DNA of 64,000 nt from Aplysia californica (taxonomy: Eukaryota): contig NW_004797465.1 of assembly GCF_000002075.1 (NCBI RefSeq), forward strand, positions 684,438 through 748,437. Reading direction: 5' to 3'. Below the pieces are notes generated by a model that worked only from the letters and a program-made list of their open reading frames with translations, did no database searches and had not been told where the DNA came from. This document shows positions 57,001-64,000 of the stretch, piece after piece. Numbering within the stretch: position 1 is the stretch's first letter; the number at the start of each line of letters is the position of its first letter. The position numbers were made by a program, and so were the translations under genes.

Positions 57001-60000
57001 TTCACGGAATTTTCGCAAACGAATACATGTGAAAATAGGAATGTGTCCAAATAATTGGAAGAGAAGGAAACCAGTTACAAAACATAAAACTATTGTTTGA
57101 ATAAACAATTTCTGACTTTCCCAGAAGAAAAACCAAGAACAACAAAAATGACCACGAATGTAAATACGACAGAAGTTCCAAATCTTAGGCCAAGAGTGAT
57201 ACCGATTGAATGACGTTAGGAAAAATCAGATAATGGGTGCCTTCAGAAAGGCAGAATGTTTTTCGAACTTTTCCATTTTTATCCCTTAAAGTATGTGGAA
57301 TGAAGGGAGGAAAAAAGTAGCAGAATCAGTCAGTGGGAGAAGTTCTTGAAACTCCGGAGTGGCACATAAATGAATCAGATTTGGAATGCAAGCGCAACAA
57401 ACGAGGTAGGAGGACACCTATTGAAAACCTCACAAAAATGTCAAGAGAAGGTAGACGACATAAGCAAACCAGAAGTAATAACTTTGATAAGTTGAATGCG
57501 AGATTGTTTTCCAGTACTCAGGTGAAAACAAACCTTCATCGCCTTTTGGCTTGTAGCAAACTTTGAATACTGCACGGCAGTCGTTCTTCACCCAGGCCTT
57601 CCTTCCTTTATAGCCAAAAGATTTATTCTTTTTGCACTTGCCCTCTGACAGTTCTTTCGTTATCTTCATTGACTTGATTTTCTTGGCCTTTGAAAGAGAT
57701 TTCTGGTCTTTCTCTTTGTTTTTGCTTTCAAGTTTTAAAGTTCTGCAGTTGCCTTTATCGCCTTCATCGCCCTCTTCCTCATCATCGTCTGAGAGAAAAG
57801 GTGAAAATAATATACTGCAGAGGTATGCGCCTAAATTACATACCCATTCTACGGCAATTTGCTAATACATGCGTAGAAGTACCTGCTAATAGAATGTTTC
57901 CAAAATCCTGGGATTCCATGCCACAAGTTACAGACGGGAAAAGTATTGTTGCAGCACACAATTATTAACTGTTATGTTTAAAAAACACCGACCCAGCCAA
58001 TAAATGGAAAAAGGAAAGAAATTCCAAAAGGTAGACAAAGATTGGTAACAATAGTACAGCACTAGGACAGAACATATTGAAGGGTATCCACAAGAAAGAT
58101 ATCATGTTTTTGTACTTTGTTTTTCTTCAAATTTTCCACCTTTATCCTTAAAATAATGTGAAAAGTGGTGAGCAAAACGGAACGGAATCAGTCAGTGGGA
58201 GTAATTCTTGAAACTTTGGTTTCGATTTGGATTGCAGCCGCAACACACAAGGTAGAAAGCAACCCATTGAATGGCTGATAGAAAAGTCACGAAAAGACGC
58301 ACGAAATACACAGACCGGAAGTAGTGGTTTTGATAAGTATGATCTAAAATGGTTTTCAAGAGCTCAAGGAAACACAAACCTTCGTCGCCTTTGCCGCCTT
58401 TTGGCTTGTAGCAAACTTTGAAAACTGCACGGCAGTTGTTCTTCACCCAGGCCTTCCTTCCTTTGTAGCCAAAGGATTTATTCTTTTTGCACTTGCCGTT
58501 TGACAGCTCTTTCGTTATCTTCATTGACTTGATTTTCTTGGCCTTTGAAAGGGATTTCTCGTCTTTCTTTTTCTGTTTGCTTTCTAGTTTTAACTTTCTG
58601 CAGTTGCCTTTACCGCCTTCTTCTTCTTCCTCATCATCGTCTGAAGAAAAAGATTAAAAGAATACACTGCAGACATAAGCACCTAACTTACAAACCAAAT
58701 TCACGGAATTTTCGCAAACGAATACATGTGAAAATAGGAATGTGTCCAAATAATTGGAAGAGAAGGAAACCAGTTACAAAACGTAAAACTATTGTTTGAA
58801 TAAACAATTTCTGACTTTCCCAGAAGAAAAACCAAGAACAACAAAAATGACCACGAATGTAAATACGACAGAAGTTCCAAATCTTAGGCCAAGAGTGATA
58901 CCGATTGAATGACGTTAGGAAAAATCAGATAATGGGTGCCTTCAGAAAGGCAGAATGTTTTTCGAACTTTTCCATTTTTATCCCTTAAAGTATGTGGAAT
59001 GAAGGGAGGAAAAAAGTAGCAGAATCAGTCAGTGGGAGAAGTTCTTGAAACTCCGGAGTGACACATAAATGAATCAGATTTGGAATGCAAGCGCAACAAA
59101 CGAGGTAGGAGGACACCTATTGAAAACCTCACAAAAATGTCAAGAGAAGGTAGACGACATAAGCAAACCAGAAGTAATAACTTTGATAAGTTGAATGCGA
59201 GATTGTTTTCCAGTACTCAGGTGAAAACAAACCTTCATCGCCTTTTGGCTTGTAGCAAACTTTGAATACTGCACGGCAGTCGTTCTTCACCCAGGCCTTC
59301 CTTCCTTTATAGCCAAAAGATTTATTCTTTTTGCACTTGCCCTCTGACAGTTCTTTCGTTATCTTCATTGACTTGATTTTCTTGGCCTTTGAAAGAGATT
59401 TCTCGTCTTTCTTTTTCTGTTTGCTTTCTAGTTTTAACTTTCTGCAGTTGCCTTTACCGCCTTCTTCTTCTTCCTCATCATCGTCTGAAGAAAAAGATTA
59501 AAAGAATACACTGCAGACATAAGCACCTAACTTACAAACCAAATTCACGGAATTTTCGCAAACGAATACATGTGAAAATAGGAATGTGTCCAAATAATTG
59601 GAAGAGAAGGAAACCAGTTACAAAACGTAAAACTATTGTTTGAATAAACAATTTCTGACTTTCCCAGAAGAAAAACCAAGAACAACAAAAATGACCACGA
59701 ATGTAAATACGACAGAAGTTCCAAATCTTAGGCCAAGAGTGATACCGATTGAATGACGTTAGGAAAAATCAGATAATGGGTGCCTTCAGAAAGGCAGAAT
59801 GTTTTTCGAACTTTTCCATTTTTATCCCTTAAAGTATGTGGAATGAAGGGAGGAAAAAAGTAGCAGAATCAGTCAGTGGGAGAAGTTCTTGAAACTCCGG
59901 AGTGACACATAAATGAATCAGATTTGGAATGCAAGCGCAACAAACGAGGTAGGAGGACACCTATTGAAAACCTCACAAAAATGTCAAGAGAAGGTAGACG

Positions 60001-63000
60001 ACATAAGCAAACCAGAAGTAATAACTTTGATAAGTTGAATGCGAGATTGTTTTCCAGTACTCAGGTGAAAACAAACCTTCATCGCCTTTTGGCTTGTAGC
60101 AAACTTTGAATACTGCACGGCAGTCGTTCTTCACCCAGGCCTTCCTTCCTTTATAGCCAAAAGATTTATTCTTTTTGCACTTGCCCTCTGACAGTTCTTT
60201 CGTTATCTTCATTGACTTGATTTTCTTGGCCTTTGAAAGAGATTTCTGGTCTTTCTCTTTGTTTTTGCTTTCAAGTTTTAAAGTTCTGCAGTTGCCTTTA
60301 TCGCCTTCATCGCCCTCTTCCTCATCATCGTCTGAGAGAAAAGGTGAAAATAATATACTGCAGAGGTATGCGCCTAAATTACATACCCATTCTACGGCAA
60401 TTTGCTAACACATGCGTAGAAACACCCGCTAATAGAATGTTTTTAAAAACCTGGGATTCCATGACACTAGTTACAGACGGGAAAAGTATTATTGCAGCAA
60501 ACAAGTATTAACTGTTATGCTAAAAATAAACACCAACCAAGCAGATAAATGGCAAAAGGAAAGAAATTCCAAAAGTTAGGCAAAGATTGGTAACGATAGT
60601 ATGGCGCTAAGAAAGACAATATTGAAGGGTATCCACAAGAAAGATCTCATGTTTTTGTACTTTGTTTTTCTTCAAATTTTCCACCTTTATCCTTAAAATA
60701 ATGTGAAAAGTGGTGAGCAAAACGGAACGGAATCAGTCAGTGGGAGTAATTCTTGAAACTTTGGTTTCGATTTGGATTGCAGCCGCAACACACAAGGTAG
60801 AAAGCAACCCATTGAATGGCTGATAGAAAAGTCACGAAAAGACGCACGAAATACACAGACCGGAAGTAGTGGTTTTGATAAGTATGATCTAAAATGGTTT
60901 TCAAGAGCTCAAGGAAACACAAACCTTCGTCGCCTTTGCCGCCTTTTGGCTTGTAGCAAACTTTGAAAACTGCACGGCAGTTGTTCTTCACCCAGGCCTT
61001 CCTTCCTTTGTAGCCAAAGGATTTATCCTTTTTGCACTTGCCGTTTGACAGCTCTTTCGTTATCTTCATTGACTTGATTTTCTTGGCCTTTGAAAGAGAT
61101 TTCTCGTCTTTCTTTTTCTGTTTGCTTTCTAGTTTTAACTTTCTGCAGTTGCCTTTACCGCCTTCTTCTTCTTCCTCATCATCGTCTGAAGAAAAAGATT
61201 AAAAGAATACACTGCAGACATAAGCACCTAACTTACAAACCAAATTCACGGAATTTTCGCAAACGAATACATGTGAAAATAGGAATGTGTCCAAATAATT
61301 GGAAGAGAAGGAAACCAGTTACAAAACATAAAACTATTGTTTGAATAAACAATTTCTGACTTTCCCAGAAGAAAAACCAAGAACAACAAAAATGACCACG
61401 AATGTAAATACGACAGAAGTTCCAAATGTTAGGCCAAGAGTGATACCGATTGAATGACGTTAGGAACAATCAGATAATGGGTGCCTTCAGAAAGGCAGAA
61501 TGTTTTTCGAACTTTTCCATTTTTATCCCTTAAAGTATGTGGAATGAAGGGAGGAAAAAAGTAGCAGAATCAGTCTTTGGGAGAAGTTCTTGAAACTCCG
61601 GAGTGGCACATAAATGAATCAGATTTGGAATGCAAGCGCAACAAACGAGGTAGGAGGACACCTATTGAAAACCTCACAAAAATGTCAAGAGAAGGTAGAC
61701 GACATAAGCAAACCAGAAGTAATAACTTTGATAAGTTGAATGCGAGATTGTTTTCCAGTACTCAGGTGAAAACAAACCTTCATCGCCTTTTGGCTTGTAG
61801 CAAACTTTGAATACTGCACGGCAGTCGTTCTTCACCCAGGCCTTTCTTCCTTTATAGGCAAAGGATTTATTCTTCTTGCACTTGCCCTCTGACAGTTCTT
61901 TCGTTATCTTCATTGACTTGATTTTCTTGGCCTTGGAAAGAGATTTCTGGTCTTTTTCTTTGTTTTTGCTTTCAAGTTTTAAAGTTCTGCAGTTGCCTTT
62001 CTCGCCATCATCGCCTTCTTCCTCATCATCGTCTGAGTGAAAAGGTAAAAATAATATACTGCAGACGTCAGCATCTAATTTAAATACCCATTTCTCCCTA
62101 TTTTGATCAAGCTCATTTTTTGTAAAGAATTACCTACAAGAAAGAATGTTTCCAAAATATCCTTCGGCAATAACATCAATTACTGACGGAACAATTTATG
62201 TCACAGTATTCAGTTACTGACTCAGTAAGAAAAAAGAAACCCCAAAAGGCTTTTTATGCCAATAGAATAGACATTCTAAAGGAAAGGCCAAGACTGATTC
62301 CGATTGTATGACGTTAGGAAAGAACGCAAGGGGTGTGTCCTTCAGAAAGACAGAATGTTTCTCCCAGCATTTCATTTGTATAGCTAAAAGCATGTGGAAT
62401 ATAAGGAGCAAAACGGAGCAGAAACAGTCGGCGGGAGTATTTATTACAATTTTAGACAGGCTCTCATATGACTAAAATTTGGATTGCAGTCGTAACAAGT
62501 AGGAACAAAGCAACGCATTTAAATACTGATGCAGAATTTACGAGAAGGCAGATCAGATACACAGACCAAGAAAAATGAATTTGATAATGCAGCAGCCACA
62601 TTGTTTTCCAGTACTCAGGTGAAAACAAACCTTCATCGCCTTTTGGCTTGTAGCAAACTTTGAATACTGCACGGCAGTCGTTCTTCACCCAGGCCTTCCT
62701 TCCTTTATAGCCAAAAGATTTATTCTTTTTGCACTTGCCCTCTGACAGTTCTTTCGTTATCTTCATTGACTTGATTTTCTTGGCCTTTGAAAGAGATTTC
62801 TGGTCTTTCTCTTTGTTTTTGCTTTCAAGTTTTAAAGTTCTGCAGTTGCCTTTATCGCCTTCATCGCCCTCTTCCTCATCATCGTCTGAGAGAAAAGGTG
62901 AAAATAATATACTGCAGAGGTATGCGCCTAAATTACATACCCATTCTACGGCAATTTGCTAATACATGCGTAGAAGTACCTGCTAATAGAATGTTTCCAA

Positions 63001-63734
63001 AATCCTGGGATTCCATGCCACAAGTTACAGACGGGAAAAGTATTGTTGCAGCACACAATTATTAACTGTTATGTTTAAAAAACACCGACCCAGCCAATAA
63101 ATGGAAAAAGGAAAGAAATTCCAAAAGGTAGACAAAGATTGGTAACAATAGTACAGCACTAGGACAGAACATATTGAAGGGTATCCACAAGAAAGATATC
63201 ATGTTTTTGTATTTTGTATTTCTTCAAATTTTCCACATTTATCCTTAAGATCATGTGAAATGTGCTGAGCAAAACGGAACGGAATCTGGCAGTGGGAGTA
63301 ATTCTTGAAACTTTGGTTTCGAATTGGATTGCAGCAGCAACGCACAAGGTAGAAAGAAACCCATTGAATTGCTGATAGAAAAGTCACGAAAAGACGCACA
63401 AAGTACACACACCGGAGGTAGTGGTTTTGATAAGTATGCTGTTAAATGGTTTTCAAGAGCTCAAGGAAACACAAACCTTCGTCGCCTTTGCCGCCTTTTG
63501 GCTTGTAGCAAACTTTGAAAACTGCACGGCAGTTGTTCTTCACCCAGGCCTTCCTTCCTTTGTAGCCAAAGGATTTATCCTTTTTGCACTTGCCGTTTGA
63601 CAGCTCTTTCGTTATCTTCATTGACTTGATTTTCTTGGCCTTTGAAAGAGATTTCTCGTCTTTCTTTTTCTGTTTGCTTTCTAGTTTTAACTTTCTGCAG
63701 TTGCCTTTATCGCCTTCTTCTTCCTCATCATCGT
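322..63734 (-). CDS. Giant multi-exon gene (partial at both ends): >=60 tandem Lys-rich ADEL/DUF3011-like lectin-fold repeats + linker + C-type lectin domain
   Basis: 63 exons with polypyrimidine-YAG acceptors and GT donors, all phase-compatible; 60 repeat exons sum to about 5,070 codons; no start exon or stop exon in window. Confidence 0.85.
1082..1140. repeat. (CTT)n microsatellite
   Basis: Visible imperfect trinucleotide run next to a gap. Confidence 0.9.
1175..1250 (-). CDS. C-type lectin domain exon 1: DDSAKCSKPFKAHGGRCLFIERGGK(E)
   Basis: Acceptor CTCTCGACAG|AT, donor GA|GTAAGA; 76 bp, phase 1-2; matches long-form CTLD N-terminus C...W/F...GG.C(Y/L). Confidence 0.8.
1404..1454. repeat. 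(CT)n microsatellite
   Basis: Perfect dinucleotide run. Confidence 0.95.
1784..1813 (-). CDS. 30-bp linker micro-exon (G)KPGSSPNEP
   Basis: Acceptor TTTCTTTTTTTCTTCAG|GA, donor CCAG|GTAAGA; phase 1-1. Confidence 0.7.
1887..1997. repeat. Degenerate (ATC)n low-complexity repeat
   Basis: catcat/atcatc runs. Confidence 0.8.
2812..3045 (-). CDS. Last, most divergent ADEL/DUF3011-like repeat exon (ETDNVCKKKKLKS...CQFDATYGFDGPMVWVSGGCKGEFEVCYDK)
   Basis: CAG acceptor, G|GTAAAG donor, 234 bp, phase 1-1, 4 Cys. Confidence 0.88.
4408..4635 (-). CDS. Lys-rich ADEL-like repeat exon (diverged singleton)
   Basis: CAG / G|GTTTGT, 228 bp, phase 1-1. Confidence 0.88.
5530..5760 (-). CDS. Lys-rich ADEL-like repeat exon (diverged singleton)
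   Basis: CAG / G|GTTTGT, 231 bp. Confidence 0.88.
6075..6538 (-). mobile_element. Probable tRNA-derived SINE-like insertion with two tRNA-like modules
   Basis: Absent from paralogous introns; degenerate A/B boxes (GTGATGTAGCGAT...TTTGATTCCCGAC at 6455-6538; GACCTGAGTTTGATTAC at 6171-6257); ends approximate. Confidence 0.45.
6927..7157 (-). CDS. Lys-rich ADEL-like repeat exon (diverged singleton)
   Basis: CAG / G|GTTTGT, 231 bp. Confidence 0.88.
7396..7956 (-). mobile_element. 5'-truncated non-LTR retrotransposon 3' end (I/Nimb-like, C-terminal zinc knuckle)
   Basis: ORF 7608-7916 with RLRIGH...C..C....TIRHIL..C; 9-bp TSD ttggcatcg at 7387-7395 and 7957-7965. Confidence 0.85.
8453..8683 (-). 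CDS. Lys-rich ADEL-like repeat exon (diverged singleton)
   Basis: CAG / G|GTTTGT, 231 bp. Confidence 0.88.
10140..10388 (-). CDS. Array-1 repeat exon
   Basis: CAG / G|GTTTGT, 249 bp. Confidence 0.85.
11233..11484 (-). CDS. Array-1 repeat exon
   Basis: CAG / G|GTTTGT, 252 bp. Confidence 0.85.
12157..12411 (-). CDS. Array-1 repeat exon
   Basis: 255 bp, D8 linker. Confidence 0.85.
13256..13510 (-). CDS. Array-1 repeat exon
   Basis: 255 bp, D8 linker. Confidence 0.85.
14355..14606 (-). CDS. Array-1 repeat exon
   Basis: 252 bp. Confidence 0.85.
15451..15702 (-). CDS. Array-1 repeat exon
   Basis: 252 bp. Confidence 0.85.
16547..16798 (-). CDS. Array-1 repeat exon
   Basis: 252 bp. Confidence 0.85.
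17643..17894 (-). CDS. Array-1 repeat exon
   Basis: 252 bp. Confidence 0.85.
18567..18818 (-). CDS. Array-1 repeat exon
   Basis: 252 bp. Confidence 0.85.
19663..19914 (-). CDS. Array-1 repeat exon
   Basis: 252 bp. Confidence 0.85.
20759..21010 (-). CDS. Array-1 repeat exon
   Basis: 252 bp. Confidence 0.85.
21683..21934 (-). CDS. Array-1 repeat exon
   Basis: 252 bp. Confidence 0.85.
22779..23030 (-). CDS. Array-1 repeat exon
   Basis: 252 bp. Confidence 0.85.
23703..23954 (-). CDS. Array-1 repeat exon
   Basis: 252 bp. Confidence 0.85.
24627..24875 (-). CDS. Array-1 repeat exon
   Basis: 249 bp, D6 linker. Confidence 0.85.
25720..25971 (-). CDS. Array-1 repeat exon
   Basis: 252 bp. Confidence 0.85.
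26816..27064 (-). CDS. Array-1 repeat exon
   Basis: 249 bp, D6 linker. Confidence 0.8.
27912..28163 (-). CDS. Array-1 repeat exon
   Basis: 252 bp. Confidence 0.8.
29043..29105 (-). mobile_element. 63-bp retroelement 3'-tail insertion with (TACA)n tail
   Basis: TSD atggtttttt at 29033-29042 and 29106-29115; core ttttacggcgctcgcaactgc...atatgagcgcgc resembles the 3' end of the LINE at 7411-7455. Confidence 0.65.
29156..29599. mobile_element. About 445-bp intronic insertion, possible degenerate MITE
   Basis: Interrupts the gaatctaaa|tagattatt intron motif; weak inverted ends (aggcgcgcatcaa vs ttgacgagcgcct). Confidence 0.4.
29918..30022 (-). pseudogene. Truncated, frameshifted repeat pseudo-exon (AKEEEESGKEKCKSVTLESKYRKKNH...)
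   Basis: Keeps CAG acceptor and 5' half; 8-nt deletion relative to sister exons; 3' half and donor are missing. Confidence 0.75.
30835..30857. repeat. (CAA)n microsatellite next to a splice donor
   Basis: Expanded relative to array-1 units. Confidence 0.85.
30878..31123 (-). CDS. Repeat exon, array-1-like, at the junction
   Basis: CAG / G|GTTTGT, 246 bp, open. Confidence 0.8.
31150..32970 (+). mobile_element. Decayed, 5'-truncated RTE-like LINE (reverse transcriptase), antisense to host gene
   Basis: RT motifs KKGDLHECKNYRGI.LLS.PGK, QAGFRKKRSCTDQIATLRIIVEQS, RQGCLLS, LDCADELVLL, FTYL; stops and frameshifts; followed by (GA)n; 5' boundary approximate. Confidence 0.92.
32981..33012. repeat. 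(GA)n microsatellite at LINE 3' end
   Basis: Perfect run ending at a gap. Confidence 0.9.
33113..33155 (-). CDS. Partial repeat exon (DDDEEEGDEVEKDK...) running into an assembly gap
   Basis: CAG acceptor plus acidic linker codons; remainder is in Ns 33013-33112 or lost. Confidence 0.45.
33750..34010 (-). CDS. Array-2 type A repeat exon
   Basis: CAG / G|GTTTGT, 261 bp. Confidence 0.85.
34604..34858 (-). CDS. Array-2 type B repeat exon
   Basis: 255 bp. Confidence 0.85.
35425..35679 (-). CDS. Array-2 type B' repeat exon
   Basis: 255 bp, TAG acceptor. Confidence 0.83.
36272..36532 (-). CDS. Array-2 type A repeat exon
   Basis: 261 bp. Confidence 0.85.
37125..37379 (-). CDS. Array-2 type B repeat exon
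   Basis: 255 bp. Confidence 0.85.
37973..38233 (-). CDS. Array-2 type A repeat exon
   Basis: 261 bp. Confidence 0.85.
38826..39080 (-). CDS. Array-2 type B repeat exon
   Basis: 255 bp. Confidence 0.85.
39674..39934 (-). CDS. Array-2 type A repeat exon
   Basis: 261 bp. Confidence 0.85.
40527..40781 (-). CDS. Array-2 type B repeat exon
   Basis: 255 bp. Confidence 0.85.
41375..41635 (-). CDS. Array-2 type A repeat exon
   Basis: 261 bp. Confidence 0.85.
42228..42482 (-). CDS. Array-2 type B repeat exon
   Basis: 255 bp. Confidence 0.85.
43076..43336 (-). CDS. Array-2 type A repeat exon
   Basis: 261 bp. Confidence 0.85.
43929..44183 (-). CDS. Array-2 type B repeat exon
   Basis: 255 bp. Confidence 0.85.
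44777..45037 (-). CDS. Array-2 type A repeat exon
   Basis: 261 bp. Confidence 0.85.
45630..45884 (-). CDS. Array-2 type B repeat exon
   Basis: 255 bp. Confidence 0.85.
46478..46738 (-). CDS. Array-2 type A repeat exon
   Basis: 261 bp. Confidence 0.85.
47331..47585 (-). CDS. Array-2 type B repeat exon
   Basis: 255 bp. Confidence 0.85.
48179..48439 (-). CDS. Array-2 type A repeat exon
   Basis: 261 bp. Confidence 0.85.
49032..49286 (-). CDS. Array-2 type B repeat exon
   Basis: 255 bp. Confidence 0.85.
49880..50140 (-). CDS. Array-2 type A repeat exon
   Basis: 261 bp. Confidence 0.85.
50733..50987 (-). CDS. Array-2 type B repeat exon
   Basis: 255 bp. Confidence 0.85.
51581..51841 (-). CDS. 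Array-2 type A repeat exon
   Basis: 261 bp. Confidence 0.85.
52434..52688 (-). CDS. Array-2 type B repeat exon
   Basis: 255 bp. Confidence 0.85.
53282..53542 (-). CDS. Array-2 type A repeat exon
   Basis: 261 bp. Confidence 0.85.
54135..54389 (-). CDS. Array-2 type B repeat exon
   Basis: 255 bp. Confidence 0.85.
54983..55240 (-). CDS. Array-2 type A repeat exon
   Basis: 258 bp (one Glu codon fewer). Confidence 0.85.
55833..56087 (-). CDS. Array-2 type B repeat exon
   Basis: 255 bp. Confidence 0.85.
56681..56941 (-). CDS. Array-2 type A repeat exon
   Basis: 261 bp. Confidence 0.85.
57534..57788 (-). CDS. Array-2 type B repeat exon
   Basis: 255 bp. Confidence 0.85.
58380..58640 (-). CDS. 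Array-2 type A repeat exon
   Basis: 261 bp. Confidence 0.85.
59233..59484 (-). CDS. Chimeric A/B repeat exon
   Basis: 252 bp; N-terminal half type A, C-terminal half type B. Confidence 0.8.
60077..60331 (-). CDS. Array-2 type B repeat exon
   Basis: 255 bp. Confidence 0.85.
60925..61185 (-). CDS. Array-2 type A repeat exon
   Basis: 261 bp. Confidence 0.85.
61778..62032 (-). CDS. Array-2 type B repeat exon (SFAY variant)
   Basis: 255 bp. Confidence 0.85.
62631..62885 (-). CDS. Array-2 type B' repeat exon
   Basis: 255 bp. Confidence 0.85.
63477..63734 (-). CDS. Array-2 type A repeat exon
   Basis: 258 bp. Confidence 0.85.
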
Positions 63735-64000
63735 CTGAAAAGAAACATAATAGAATACACTGCAGACATAAGCACCTAACTTACAAACCAAATTCACGGA
63801 ATTTTCCCAAACGAATACATGGGAAAAAAGGAATTTGTCCTAATAATTGGAAGGGAAGGAAACCAGTTACAGACCGTAAAACTATTGTTCGAGTAAACAA
63901 TTTCTGACTTGACCAGAAAAAACCCCCCATCAACAACAAAAATGACCACGAATGTAAATAGGACAGAAGTTCCAAATGTTAGGCCAAGAGTGATACCGAT

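Larger units (their letters stand above)
33113..64000. repeat. Tandem array 2: alternating A/B exon+intron dimers, period 1701 bp
   Basis: Equivalent ORF ends recur every 1701 bp from 37260 to 54270 and nearly so beyond; continues past the window edge. Confidence 0.97.

Noticed and set aside
10140-63734. Histone H1 or sperm nuclear basic protein, suggested by Lys richness
   Set aside because: Four invariant Cys, the lectin-like motif and a CTLD point to a disulfide-bonded extracellular protein; no winged-helix motif
9973-63907. Dozens of repeated plus-strand ORFs (MRPEKTRKK..., MFLLSSVID..., MHLPSDSS..., MKEISRLS..., MGEVLETP...)
   Set aside because: Antisense shadows of the exons or chance intronic ORFs repeated with the unit; no motifs, mostly non-ATG starts
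9460-64000. CRISPR array or non-coding satellite interpretation
   Set aside because: Units are 0.85-1.7 kb with no unique spacers and no cas genes; they contain spliceosomal exons with preserved frame

Overview
Eukaryotic (animal; gastropod mollusc is an inference from the domain family) genomic DNA. Almost the whole window is one minus-strand multi-exon gene that enters from beyond the right edge and leaves beyond the left edge. I find 60 intact exons of 228-261 bp, all AG/GT-bounded, phase 1-1 and a multiple of 3 long (about 5,070 codons in total). Each encodes one 4-Cys domain (C..L.S...S...C....SFG(Y/F).....WV...CRA.FKVCY) resembling the Aplysia egg/gonad galactose-lectin (ADEL/DUF3011-like) repeat, but about one third Lys and preceded by an acidic D/E linker. 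At the 3' end are a 30-bp micro-exon and two small exons that splice in frame into the N-terminal half of a C-type lectin domain. The repeat exons form five diverged singletons (2.8-8.7 kb), a near-identical monomer array of 18 units (1096/924 bp, 10-28.8 kb), a disturbed junction (pseudo-exon, insertions, RTE-like LINE, 29-33 kb) and an alternating A/B dimer array (1701 bp period, 36 exons, 33.7-64 kb). Introns carry retroelement fragments and microsatellites. Family assignments come from motif recall rather than a database search, and repeat copy number may be affected by assembly.
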